This document shows, one piece after another, positions 38,235 through 48,931 of a DNA stretch of 58,943 nucleotides. The DNA lies in contig CAVSBT010000009.1 in assembly GCA_963726245.1 (NCBI GenBank), forward strand, positions 1-58,943, in the 5' to 3' direction. The number at the start of each line of letters is the position of its first letter. Within the stretch, counting starts at the first letter, position 1. The translations under genes and the position numbers were made by a program. This DNA comes from an uncultured Chloroflexia bacterium (GTDB lineage: Bacteria > Chloroflexota > Dehalococcoidia > DSTF01 > JALHUB01). A model generated the notes under the pieces. That model made no database searches, was not told the origin of the DNA, and saw nothing but the letters and a program-made list of their open reading frames with translations.

Positions 38235-39137
38235 GTGTCTGAGTTCATACAGACGGTGGCCACCGGTCTATCAATGGGCAGCGTGTATGCGATCGTTGCC
38301 CTGGCCATCGTCCTCATCTACCGCTCCACGGGGGTCGTCAACTTCGCCCAGGGCGAGATGGCGATGTTCAGCACCTTCATCGGCTGGTCCATGATCGCCT
38401 TCTTCGGCGCCTGGTCCTTGCCTCTGGACCTGAACTACTGGCTGCCATTCTTCCTCGCCGTCCTCATAGCCGCCGCCATCGGCGCACTGGTGGAGAGGAT
38501 AGCGCTGCGACCGGTAGAGGAGGCGCCGGTAATCAACTCCGTCATCATCACCCTGGGGCTCTTCACCCTCTTCAACACGGTGGCCATCTGGCGGTACGGC
38601 GGCATCGCCAAGCCGTTCCCCTCGCCTGGTTTGTTCCAGGGTTCGGCGCTGAGAGCGGGGCCCATCGTCATCAGCCGGCTAAACATCGGCGTGTTCTGTG
38701 TGTCGCTGCTCATAATGCTGGGCCTCTACCTGTTCCTCACCTACACAAGACTGGGGCTGGCGATGCGGGCTGCCTCCGAGAACCGGGCAGCCTGCCGCAT
38801 GGTTGGTATCCCCGCCAGCCGTATGCTGACCATGGGATGGGCCTTCGCGGCGGCGGTGGGAGCGATGGCAGGGATGCTGGTGGCGCCCATCATCTTCCTG
38901 TCGGCCAACATGATGGTCGGTACCCTGATCTTCGCCTTCGCGGCCGCCGTCTTAGGCGGCCTCCAGAGCTTACCCGGCGCTATCCTGGGGGGGTTACTCC
39001 TGGGCATCATCCAGAACATGGCCGGCACGTACATCGGCTCCGAGATCGACACCACTGCCGCCTTCTTTGTCATCGTACTTGTCCTGCTGGTGCGCCCGAC
39101 CGGCCTCCTCGGTCGCCGGGTGATTCGTAAGGTCTGA
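38235..39137 (+). CDS. Branched-chain amino acid ABC permease (LivH-like)
   Basis: GSVYAIVAL, VVNFAQGE, TRLGLAMRA, AAVLGG, VRPTGLLG. Confidence 0.9.
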   Translation: MSEFIQTVATGLSMGSVYAIVALAIVLIYRSTGVVNFAQGEMAMFSTFIGWSMIAFFGAWSLPLDLNYWLPFFLAVLIAAAIGALVERIALRPVEEAPVINSVIITLGLFTLFNTVAIWRYGGIAKPFPSPGLFQGSALRAGPIVISRLNIGVFCVSLLIMLGLYLFLTYTRLGLAMRAASENRAACRMVGIPASRMLTMGWAFAAAVGAMAGMLVAPIIFLSANMMVGTLIFAFAAAVLGGLQSLPGAILGGLLLGIIQNMAGTYIGSEIDTTAAFFVIVLVLLVRPTGLLGRRVIRKV

Positions 39138-39138
39138 A

Positions 39139-40329
39139 ATGCCGCGCACGCGCACACTGCTGCGACCGGGCGTCCTGGCTCTTGTCCTGCTGCTGGTGGT
39201 GGCGGCCATCTTCCCCTACCTGTACACATGGCCCTTCTTCAGCGCCTTTCTGAACCCGTTTCGCACCTTCCAGGCGACGCGCTTCGGCCTCTGGCTCATC
39301 ATCCTCATGGGTCTAAACCTGCTTACCGGCTACAGCGGTCAGATATCCCTCGGCCACGCCGCCCTGGTGGCGGTCGGGGCCTACGTGGCCGCCAGCCTCA
39401 TGAGCCAGGGCTTTCTCGGTCAAGAGGTGCCCCTCTGGGTCGCGGTGATTGCGGCCGGCCTGTTCACGGGGGCCCTGGGGTTTGTCTTGGGGGCGCCCGC
39501 CTTGCGACTGAGCGGCCCCTACCTGGCCATCGCTACGCTGGCCATGATCATAGCGCTGCCCCAGGTGCTGAAGCTCGATTCAGTCACCTTCGCCGGCCAC
39601 CAAGTCCACGTTAACATGGCCCGCTGGACGGGCGGCGTGCAGGGCATCCTGCTGGACAGGCCCCAACCACCGAATTCCCTGAAGGACCTGGTGACCGACC
39701 GTCAATGGATCTACTACGAGATCATGGTGCCCGCCGTCATCATGACGGCGATGGCATGGAACCTGACCCGCAGCCGCATCGGGAGGGCCTTCATCGCCGT
39801 CCGCGATACAGAGGTGGCGGCGGAGCACATGGGAATCAACATGTCGCTCTACAAGATGACCGCCTTCGCCCTCAGCGGTCTTTACGCCGGCGTCGGTGGC
39901 GGCCTGTTCGTCTACAACGAGGCGTTCATAAGCCCGGACAGCTTTGAGATCATCAAGTCGATCACCATGGTGGTGGCTGTCGTGCTGGGCGGCCTCGCTT
40001 CCATCGCAGGGACGGTCTTCGCGGCCTTCTTCATGGCCTTCCAAAACGAGCTGGTTGACTCCCTATCGGGCCTCATTGTCAAAATCCCTTCCTTGAGCGC
40101 CCTGCAGGGATACATACCCACCACCGCGGCCGACTTCGAGAAGCTCCGGGGCGCCGCATACAGCATCCCTTTGATGATCTTCATCATCTTTGCGCCGGGC
40201 GGCGTGGCCGGCCTAATCCGCCAGGCAAGCTACTCGGCGCCGAAGTGGCGGACGGTCTGGGGCGCCCGGCTGACACGCTTGGTGAGCGCCGTCAAACCGC
40301 GCCGCCCCAGTTCCACGCCTGGACCCTGA
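39139..40329 (+). CDS. Branched-chain amino acid ABC permease (LivM-like)
   Basis: GLNLLTGYSGQISLGHA, RLSGPYLAIATL, SRIGRAFIAVRD, VLGGL. Confidence 0.9.
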   Translation: MPRTRTLLRPGVLALVLLLVVAAIFPYLYTWPFFSAFLNPFRTFQATRFGLWLIILMGLNLLTGYSGQISLGHAALVAVGAYVAASLMSQGFLGQEVPLWVAVIAAGLFTGALGFVLGAPALRLSGPYLAIATLAMIIALPQVLKLDSVTFAGHQVHVNMARWTGGVQGILLDRPQPPNSLKDLVTDRQWIYYEIMVPAVIMTAMAWNLTRSRIGRAFIAVRDTEVAAEHMGINMSLYKMTAFALSGLYAGVGGGLFVYNEAFISPDSFEIIKSITMVVAVVLGGLASIAGTVFAAFFMAFQNELVDSLSGLIVKIPSLSALQGYIPTTAADFEKLRGAAYSIPLMIFIIFAPGGVAGLIRQASYSAPKWRTVWGARLTRLVSAVKPRRPSSTPGP

Positions 40330-40435
40330 CACAACCCGCCGGGGCCGCGAGGACCCAGAAAGGACGATTCGAAACTGGGTCCGCTCCGCTCGGGTAGACG
40401 ACAATCGCCCGGGCAACACAAAAGGGGGGATTGAC

Positions 40436-41719
40436 ATGCTACCAGGATTCCCTCGGAGGTTCCTTTTCGCGGTCATACTCCTCTCCGGTCTGCTTCTCCT
40501 GAGCTGCGGAGGGAACAAGGAAGAGGCCAGCAAGACACCCGAGAACGTGCCCGGCGTCACGGACACCGAGATCATACTCGGGGCCCACTACCCATTGAGC
40601 CAGTCGCCGGCCGCGGCCTACGCGCCCATCGTCTACGGCGCGCGCGCCTACTTCGATTACATCAACGCTCAGGGAGGCATTTACGGCCGCAAGATCAGAT
40701 ACATAGTCGGCGATGACCACTACAACCCGGCGGACGCGCTGGAAGCGACTCGCAAGCTGGTGGAGCAGGACCACGTCTTCGCCATGGTGCTCAACATGGG
40801 CGAGTCGACCCACTCCACCGTCTATAAGTACCTCGAAGAGCAGGGCATCCCCGACCTCTTCCTCTCCAGCGGCATCGTCAAGTGGACGTACCCGGTGGTG
40901 CACACGCGCTTCGGCGGCAACCCCGATTACGAGACCGAGGGGAAGATACTCGGTCAGTACATCGCCGAGAACTACAACGGGAAGAAGCTGGGCCTGCTGG
41001 TCCAGAACGACGAGTTCGGGGTGGACGGAGAGCGCGGGATCCGAATGGGACTGGAGGGCAGCGACGTCCAGATCGCGGCCCGCGAGACCTACGAGTCCAC
41101 GCAGTGGGACGTCACCGCCCAGACACAGCGGCTGAAGAACGCCGGCGTTGATGTCGTCGCCTCCTACGCCATCCCGCCTCCCGCCGCCAGCATGGTCAAG
41201 ACAGCGCGTGAGCTTCTGAACTGGGACGTGCCCTTCGTAGTCACGGGCGTCGTCGTTACGGACATCTTTACGGCACTCGCCGGGGCCCAAAACGCCGAGG
41301 GTGTGATCAGCGTGGTCTTCGGCAAGCAGATCTACCAGACGGATGACCCTGGAGTCCAGAAGCACATCCAGATCATGAAGGACTTCGGTCAGGGTACCGA
41401 GGCGAGCAACTTCACCCTGTTCGGCGCCGCCCAGGCCGAGGCCGCGGTGAAGGGGCTACAGCTCGCGGGGCAGAACCTGACTCGAGAGGGCTTGATTAGT
41501 GGCCTCGAGTCCATCCGCGACTGGTGCTGCTCCTTGTGCATTAAGCCCGTCAATTTCAGCCCCACGGATCACCGTGGCAGTGAGATGGAAGAGTTCGTCA
41601 GGATGGAGAGCGGCAAGTGGGTGGTGATCGGCGACCCGATCGATTTCGAGTCGACGCCGGGCAAAGCCATCGGCTGCAAGGGTGAGGACCAGCCAATCTA
41701 CCCGGACGGAGGAGGCTAA
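40436..41719 (+). CDS. LivK-like ABC substrate-binding lipoprotein
   Basis: LLSC lipobox, PGVTDTEI, INAQGGIYGRKI, DDHYNP, QNDEFG. Confidence 0.88.
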   Translation: MLPGFPRRFLFAVILLSGLLLLSCGGNKEEASKTPENVPGVTDTEIILGAHYPLSQSPAAAYAPIVYGARAYFDYINAQGGIYGRKIRYIVGDDHYNPADALEATRKLVEQDHVFAMVLNMGESTHSTVYKYLEEQGIPDLFLSSGIVKWTYPVVHTRFGGNPDYETEGKILGQYIAENYNGKKLGLLVQNDEFGVDGERGIRMGLEGSDVQIAARETYESTQWDVTAQTQRLKNAGVDVVASYAIPPPAASMVKTARELLNWDVPFVVTGVVVTDIFTALAGAQNAEGVISVVFGKQIYQTDDPGVQKHIQIMKDFGQGTEASNFTLFGAAQAEAAVKGLQLAGQNLTREGLISGLESIRDWCCSLCIKPVNFSPTDHRGSEMEEFVRMESGKWVVIGDPIDFESTPGKAIGCKGEDQPIYPDGGG

Positions 41720-41790
41720 CGCCACATCACTTCGACCCGAGGTCATAGAAGGCACCATCAGGAGCGCCCACTGAAGAAGGGTGACGGGCA

Positions 41791-42573
41791 GTGCCGGGCA
41801 TAGTCCTCTACGAGAAGCGGGACCACGTGGCCTATGTTACCCTCAACCGCCCTGAGGTCCTCAACGCCTTCAACCGCGCCATGCACCAGGCCCTGCGCCA
41901 GGTGTGGATGGACTTCCGCGAGGACGACGACGCTTGGGTTGCCCTCATCACCGGCGCCGGCGACCGCGCCTTCTCGGCCGGGCAGGACGTGAAGGAGGTC
42001 GGGGAACGCCGGGCCCAGAGCGCCCAGCGCAGCTTCTGGGACACCTGGTTCGGCAGCGACCTCCAGGAGGGACTGGAGGTGTGGAAGCCCATAGTGGCAG
42101 CCATCAACGGCTACTGCCTGGGCGAGGGCATGACCTTCATCCTCTCCTGCGACTTCCGCATCGCCTCCGAGCGGGCCAGCTTCGGCTTCCCGGAGGTCAC
42201 GCTAGGGATGCCAACCATCGTCGGAGCCGTGCGGGCGCCGCGGGTGGTCGGCCTCGGCAACGCCCTCGAGCTGTTGCTCACCGGCGACCGCATCGACGCC
42301 CGGCGCGCCCTGGAGATGGGGCTGGTGCACCGGGTGGTGCCCCACGACCGCGTGCAGGCGGAGGCGGAGAGCCTGGCGCAGCGACTCTGCCGCAACGGCC
42401 CGCTGGCCGTGCGCTGCACCAAAGAGGTGGCGGTGCGCAGCCTGGACATGCCCTTCGCCGAGGCGGTGCGAATGGGCGAGGCCCTGCGGCGGCTGGCCCT
42501 CCAAAGCGAGGATGCCGTGGAAGGTATCCAGGCCTACCTCGAGAAGCGGGAGCCGCACTTCACGGGTCGCTGA
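41791..42573 (+). CDS. Enoyl-CoA hydratase/isomerase family protein
   Basis: TLNRPEVLNA, AFSAGQD, KPIVAAINGYCLG, CDFRIA, PEV, LLTGD. Confidence 0.92.
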   Translation: MPGIVLYEKRDHVAYVTLNRPEVLNAFNRAMHQALRQVWMDFREDDDAWVALITGAGDRAFSAGQDVKEVGERRAQSAQRSFWDTWFGSDLQEGLEVWKPIVAAINGYCLGEGMTFILSCDFRIASERASFGFPEVTLGMPTIVGAVRAPRVVGLGNALELLLTGDRIDARRALEMGLVHRVVPHDRVQAEAESLAQRLCRNGPLAVRCTKEVAVRSLDMPFAEAVRMGEALRRLALQSEDAVEGIQAYLEKREPHFTGR

Positions 42574-42629
42574 GCCGGGCCGTCCTCAGCGCCACTGCCT
42601 GTCCGCCTCGCGAGATGCCAGCGCCTTCC

Positions 42630-42645
42630 GGTGGTACAATCCACC
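42630..42645 (+). promoter_or_regulatory. Extended -10 promoter inside a short inverted repeat, upstream of the AGPS-like gene
   Basis: GGTGG-TACAAT-CCACC containing TGgTACAAT; AGGAGG follows. Confidence 0.4.
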
Positions 42646-42667
42646 AGGAGGACGCCTTAGACTGATC

Positions 42668-44282
42668 ATGCCGATGAAGTGGTGGGGTTGGGGGGAGGAC
42701 GACCACGCCTCTCCCCTGCCTGATCCCGAAGGCTTCTGGGCCTACGTCCGCCGCCGTTTCGGCGAGACGGGCGAGTCGCCGCGCATCGACTCTCTGGAGG
42801 CGGTCGACGTGCGACCGTCGCGGCTGGAAGCCCGCGACGTGGAGGCCCTGCGTCGCGCCGCCGGCGAAGGCGCGGTGGCCACCGAGCCCGCCGTGCGGGC
42901 CGTGCACAGCTTCGGCAAGGGCTACCGCGACCTGATCCGCCTGCGCCGGGGCGAGGTGCCGAACCCGACGGACGCCGTCGTCTGGCCGGAGACCGAGGCG
43001 CAGGTGGCAGCCATCCTCGACCTGGCAGCAGAGCGCGGCATCGCCGTCATCCCCTTCGGCGGCGGCACCTCCGTGGTGGGCGGGTTGGATCCAGTCGCCG
43101 ACAAGCCCTGCATCACCCTCCACCTCGGGCGCTTGCAGCGCATCCTGGCGGTGGACTCAGTGGCAGGCACCGTCAGCGCCGAGGCCGGCATCCTGGGGCC
43201 CGCCCTCGAGCAACAACTGAACAGCCGCGGCTTCACATTGGGTCACTTCCCCCAGTCGTTCCACTATTCCAGCCTGGGCGGCTGGATCGCCACGCGGTCG
43301 GCGGGCCACAAATCGACGCTCTACGGCAAGATCGAGGAGCGGGTCGAGAGCCTGCGCCTGGTCCACCCCGGCGGCTACCTGAGCACGCCGGAGGTGCCGG
43401 CCGCCGCCGCCGGTCCCGACCTGAACCAGGCTGTCGCCGGCTCCGAGGGCGTCTTGGGGGTCATCACGCGCGCCACCATGCGCCTCGCCCCCCTGCCCGA
43501 ACACCGCGACTACCGCGGCTACCTCTTCCAGAGCTTCCACGAGGGGGTAGAGGCCTGCCGGCAACTCATGCGCTGCGAGCTGCGGCCGGCCGTCCTGCGA
43601 CTCTCCGATGAGCCGGAGACGGAGACGACTCTGGCCATGGTTGCCCCGCCCTCGGGCCAGGCGGCGTCCTCACCAGCTGCAAGCCGCTCTCCTCATCCTG
43701 GGCTTCGAAGGGAGCGAGCGCGAAGTGGGCTGGGGCTGGGAGGAGGCGGACCCGCTGGTGAGCCGCCACGGAGGCCGCTCGCTGGGCCGGGGGCCGGGCG
43801 AGGCCTGGGAGCGTTCCCGTTACGACGCCCCTTACCTGCGCGACCTGCTCATTGACCACGGCATCATGGCCGATACTCTGGAGACCGCCGCCACCTGGGG
43901 CCACTACCTGGACCTCCACCGGGCGGTGCGGGATGCCATGGCCGCCGCGATGGGCGAGCGCGGACACGTCATGGCCCACCTGTCGCACTGCTACAGCGAT
44001 GGCGGCTCCATCTACTACACGTTCCTCGCACCCCAGGAGCACGGCAACGAGCTGGGGCAGTGGCAGCGCGTGAAGTCGGCGGCCACCCAGGCCATCGTGG
44101 AGAACGGCGGCGCTCTCAGCCACCACCACGGCATCGGCAGCGACCACCGGCCCTGGATGGCGGCCTACCTGGGCCCGGGCGGCGCGCGCGCGCTGGCGGC
44201 CCTCAAGCAGGCCTTCGACCCGCGCGGTATCATGAACCCTGGCAAGCTGCTCGCGGCGCAAGAGGAGACGACGATTGACTAG
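42668..44282 (+). CDS. Alkyl-DHAP synthase-like FAD-binding oxidoreductase (indel near 43660)
   Basis: [76 protein letters not shown]. Confidence 0.85.
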
Positions 44283-45972
44283 CAAACCACCACCGCCGAG
44301 CGGAGGCTTCTCGTCCCGAACGCGCGCCGAGGCCATCGCCCGCTTCCAGGCCGACACATTCGACATTGCCATCATCGGCGGCGGCATCAACGGGGCCGGC
44401 ATCGCCCGCGACGCCGCCCAGCGCGGCCTCAGCGTCGCCCTTTTAGAGAAGGGCGACTTCGCCAGCGGCACGAGCAGCAAATCGTCACGGATGGTCGCAC
44501 GGCGGCCTCCGCTACCTGGCCAAGCGGCACGTTCACCTGGTGCGGGAATCCCTGGTGGAGCGCGGGGTGCTGCTGCGGCTGGCCCCTCACCTGGTGCACC
44601 CAATGCCCTACATCCTGCCCGTGTATGAAGGGGGCATGAACGGCCGCTTCGTTCTGCGCGCCGGCCTCACCGCCTACGACCTCCTGGCAGGCCGCCGCAG
44701 GCTCCAGCGGCACAGAGCGCATGTCGCGCGATGCCCTGGTGCGGACGGAGCCCTGCGTCCGCCTGGACGGGCTCCAGGGCGGCTTCCGCTACTTCGACTG
44801 CGTGGTGAACGACGCCCGCCTTACCCTAGCCAACGTCCGCTCCGCCGCCCGCGACCACGCCGCCATCGCCAGCTACGTGGAGGCGACAGACGTCATCACC
44901 GAAGGCGGGCGCGTCACCGGCGTCAACTTCACCGACAGGCTGAGCGGCGCCACCGGCGCCCTGCATGCCCACCTGGTGGTGGCGGCCGCCGGCCCCTGGA
45001 CGGACCGCGTGCGGGCGCTGGCGGGGGGGCAGCCCATGCTACGCCCCACCAAGGGCATACACGTCGTCGTGGAGCAGGCCCGACTGCCGCTGGCCAACGC
45101 CATCCCCTTCCAGTTTGGCGATCGGATGATGTTCGCTGTCCCACACGGGGAGTACACCTACATCGGCACCACCGACACCGACTACCCCGGCGACCCCGGT
45201 CAGGTCCGCGCCGAAACCGACGACGTCGCGTACACCATCGAGGCCGCGAACTCGGCCTTCAGCGTCGATCTCTCGCCCCGACGACATACTCTCCACCTGG
45301 GCCGGCGTGCGGCCCCTCGTCTACGAGGAGGGCACACCCTCCGACGTGGGCCGGGACTACGAGATCCAGGCGGGCCCCGAGGGCTTCATCACCATAGCCG
45401 GCGGCAAGCTCACCACCTATCGGGCCATGGCTGAGGACCTGGTCAATCGGGTCGCGCAGCACCTGGCCCGACGCCTGGCCAGGCCCAAGCCTCCCTGTCG
45501 CACCGCCTCCGTCGCGCTGCCCGGCGGCGACCTGGACCGCTTCGAGCGCTACCGCGAGGCCGCGGCGCCGCCTCTGGAGGAGAGCTGGGGCGTCTCGCGC
45601 CAGTCTGCCTACCACCTGGTGGACACCTACGGCACGGAGTATGTGAAGGTGCTGGCATACGCCCGCCAGAGCCCCGACCTTCTGAAGCCTCTGGCGCCCG
45701 AGGTGCCCGTCCTCGCCGCCGAGGCCATATACGCCGTCGAGGAGGAGATGGCCGTTACACTGGAGGACTTCATGTCTCGCCGCACGGACCTCATGCTCTT
45801 CGAGCCCCAGCACGGGCTGGAGGCGGCCGGACGCGCCGCCGAACTCATGGGCGAGGCCCTGGGGTGGGCGCCCCCGCAGCGCAAAGAGCAGGTGGAGCGC
45901 TATCGAGAGGCCGTGGCCGCCATGACGGCCTTCCGCAGCGCAGAGCAGCCCGCAGTGGAGTCCGTCTCCTGA
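44275..45972 (+). CDS. glpD: FAD-dependent glycerol-3-phosphate dehydrogenase/oxidase (several indels)
   Basis: [65 protein letters not shown]. Confidence 0.88.
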
Positions 45973-46898
45973 TGGCCGAGACCCTCGTCATCGTCAACCC
46001 GCGCTCGGCCAACGGCTCCACCGGGCGCCGCTGGCCTGAGTTCGAGGCGCCGGCTGCGCGCCGCTATCCCTGCCTTCGACGCCGTCTTCACAGAACGCCC
46101 CAACCACGCCACCGACCTGGCCCGGGAGGGCGCCGCCAGCCACGAGCGCGTGGTCGTCGTGGGCGGCGACGGCACGATCAACGAGGTCGTGAACGGCCTG
46201 CTTGTCGACGACCGCCCCGTCCGCGCCGGCCTGGTGCCTGGGCATCGTCCCCCGGGGCACCGGCGCCGACTTCGTGCGCACCATGGGCATACCCCACGAC
46301 CTCGACGCCGCCATCCAGCGCCTCACAACCGGCACTCCCCGCGAGGTGGACGTGGCGAAGGCCCGCTACACGGGGCCCGACGGCAGCGAGCGCGGTACGG
46401 TACTTCGTCAACGAGGCCGAGGTGGGCATGGGGGCGGCCGTCTGCGTGGCGGTGAACCGGAGCTCCAAGCGGCTGGGCGGGCGCCTCTCCTTCCTGAAAG
46501 GCATCCTCATCACCACCCTTCGCTACCGCAGCCAGCCGGTCCTGTTCTCAGTGGATGGCGGACCTGCCGAGGAAGTGCTGCTGCGGAACGCCTGGATCGC
46601 CAACGGCCGCTTCTCCGGCGGCGGCATCTGCTCGGCGCCGCGCGCCCGGCCGGACGACGGCCTGCTGGACCTGGTGCGCATCCCCGACCTCGGCTTCTGG
46701 TCGAACCTGGCGAACATGCGCCGTCTGCGCAGCGGCGCCTTCGTGGAGCATCCGAAGGTGGTGTACGTCACCGCCCGCCGCGTCGAGGTTTGGCCGGCGG
46801 GCCCTGTCGCCCTGCTGGTGGAAGTAGAGGGCGAGCCCATCGGCGCCATACCCGCCACTTTCGAGGTGCTGGACGCGCGCCTCAACGTGCTGGCGTAG
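45972..46898 (+). CDS. Diacylglycerol kinase family lipid kinase (several indels)
   Basis: IVNPRSANG, VVGGDGTINEVVNG, GIVPRGTGADF, FVNEA..G, NGRFSGGG, DDGLLD. Confidence 0.85.
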   Translation: MAETLVIVNPRSANGSTGRRWPEFEAPAARRYPCLRRRLHRTPQPRHRPGPGGRRQPRARGRRGRRRHDQRGRERPACRRPPRPRRPGAWASSPGAPAPTSCAPWAYPTTSTPPSSASQPALPARWTWRRPATRGPTAASAVRYFVNEAEVGMGAAVCVAVNRSSKRLGGRLSFLKGILITTLRYRSQPVLFSVDGGPAEEVLLRNAWIANGRFSGGGICSAPRARPDDGLLDLVRIPDLGFWSNLANMRRLRSGAFVEHPKVVYVTARRVEVWPAGPVALLVEVEGEPIGAIPATFEVLDARLNVLA

Positions 46899-47489
46899 CC
46901 GGCCGCGCCCGAGCCCGGGCGGAACAGCGTGGCCGGGGCTTTCCAGCCTCGGCTCTTCTATGCGCCAGGTCTGGAAAGCCTGGTCGACGGCCGAGCTACG
47001 GCGGCAGTCTCTGCTGGCTTCCCTACGCGCCAGGCCGAGACCTGGCCTTCTGGGCGTGACCAGGCCGCGCTCGTTTCCCAGCGGCGAAGGGCGGCCCGGC
47101 CGGCGACAGTGCGCCCCGACCTGCTATCGCCAGATGATGGCCAACTCCTTGCGCTTGGACTGGGGCGAGGAGCCGTTCATCTGGAGCCGCGCCTCGTACT
47201 CGTTCAGCATCTTGGCCAGCTCACGACGATGCCGCCGACAGGCCAGCGACTGGCAAGAGCTCGGTAGGAAACGCTTGGCGGCGTGTACTGCCCCCTCGCC
47301 GATGCCGGCCAGGTTGTTGTAGTCGCGCTCCAAGTGTAATGCGCTCGCCGAAACCTGGAGGTCCCCGCGTCATGCGGCACGCTCACCACCGCCGAGTACT
47401 GGGCGGCGTCGTCATCGGGCTCTCGCGAAGGCGGTGAACTTGCAGTTCGACAGGAGTCAGAGATAGCGTGGAACTCCTCCAAGAGCTTG

Positions 47490-48586
47490 ACCAGCCGGGC
47501 GAACTCGTAGGACCGCGCCGGCATTGGGGACCCCCAGCAGTCCTCCGAGGACGCGCCCACGACGGCTATATCACCGCTCACCGCCACGCTGGTGCCGAAG
47601 TTGTCGTATGCCTGGGCACCGGAGACGGTGAGCTTCTTCACCTGGCCCCAGTTGTCGGTCCCGCCCGTGTTGCGCCGAACACGTAGGCCGCGCCGGCCCC
47701 CACATTCTCCCCGGGCGCGCCCACGACGGCGATATCCCCGCTCACCGCCACGCCCATGCCGAAGTTGTCGTCCGCCTCGGCATCGGAGGCGATGAGCTTC
47801 TTCACCTGGCCCCAGTTGTCGGTCCCGCCCGTCGTTGCGCCCGAACACGTAGGCCGCGCCGGCGTTACTTCCCTGCGAATCCTCCGTCCGAGGCACCCAC
47901 GACGGCCATATCCCCACTCACCGCCACGCTCGCGCCGAAGTAGCTGTTCGGCTGGGCATCGGAGGCGGTGAGCTTCTTCACCTGGCCCCAGTTGTTGGCC
48001 CCGCCCGAGTTGCGCCCGAACACGTAGGCCGCGCCGGTCGCCGTGTTCTTCGTCCCAAGGCGCCCACGACGGCGTTATCCCCGCTCACCGCCACGCTCGC
48101 GCCGAAGCAGGTCGGCCACCTGGGGGTCCGCCGCGGTGACCTTCTTCACCTGGCCCCAGTTGTCGGTCCCGCCCTGGTTGCGGGAGAAGACGTAGGCCGC
48201 GCCAGCACTGTTGCCCACCGCATCCTCCCCGGGTCGCGCCCACGACGATGATATCCCCGCTCACCGCCACGCCCGCGCCGAACAGGTCGTCCGCCTGGGC
48301 ATCGGAGGCGGTGAGCTTCTTCACCTGGCCCCAGTTGCCTGTCCCGCCCGCGTTGCGCGCGTACACATAGGCCGCGCCGGCATCGCTGCCCCCCGCATCC
48401 TCCTGGTAGCGCGCCCACGACGGCGATATCCCCGCTCACCGCTACCGTCCAGCCGAACTGGTCGTCGACCTGGGCGTCCGAGGCGGTGAGCTTCTTCACC
48501 TGGCTCAGCGACGCGGCCTCACTGCTGCTGGGCGCCGCCAGCGCCACAGCCAGCGCCACCAATACCAGGATGCTCAGCTTCTTCAC
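47490..48586 (-). CDS. Secreted FG-GAP-repeat (beta-propeller) protein, many indels, 3' end uncertain
   Basis: Signal peptide MKKLSILVLVALAVALAA; six repeats QVKKLTASDAQA.D.FG..VAVSGD.AVVGA...AGAAYVF.RN.GG..NWG. Confidence 0.8.
47510..48510 (-). repeat. Six about 170-bp coding tandem repeats (FG-GAP units)
   Basis: CTTCTTCACCTGGC recurs near 47633, 47797, 47973, 48141, 48316 and 48491. Confidence 0.85.
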
Positions 48587-48785
48587 GGCGAGTCCTCCTT
48601 CTCAACGAGATGACAGTCCAGAGCGCACGCTGCGCGCCTACCCGGGCCGGACACCGGGGTAACTCGCACCGGCTGCCTAGCGATTGGGCGGGCATTGCTG
48701 ACTAGGTACCCTCCGTCTCCCTACAGAGCGCACCCGTAAGAATTGTGTGGGACGTCGCCAGTGTACCACGCGTGTCAAGAGGGCC

Positions 48786-48817
48786 GTGTAGGGGCGGTTC
48801 GCGAACCGCCCCTACAC
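48786..48817. repeat. GTAG-type REP palindrome copy 4
   Basis: Perfect 32-bp palindrome GTGTAGGGGCGGTTCGCGAACCGCCCCTACAC. Confidence 0.8.
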
Positions 48818-48931
48818 CGAACAACGAGGCCGCGCCCTAGCCACTTCGCCCTGCCGGTGCTATCATCCATGCGACCAAGGGACTAGAGACGGGGAGCCAT
48901 CCCTGTCTACCAGAGCGCAGGGCGAACAAGG

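Noticed and set aside
47510-48510. CRISPR array suggested by regularly recurring 20-30 bp words
   Set aside because: Period is about 170 bp, the intervening DNA is also homologous and translates to FG-GAP repeats; no cas genes
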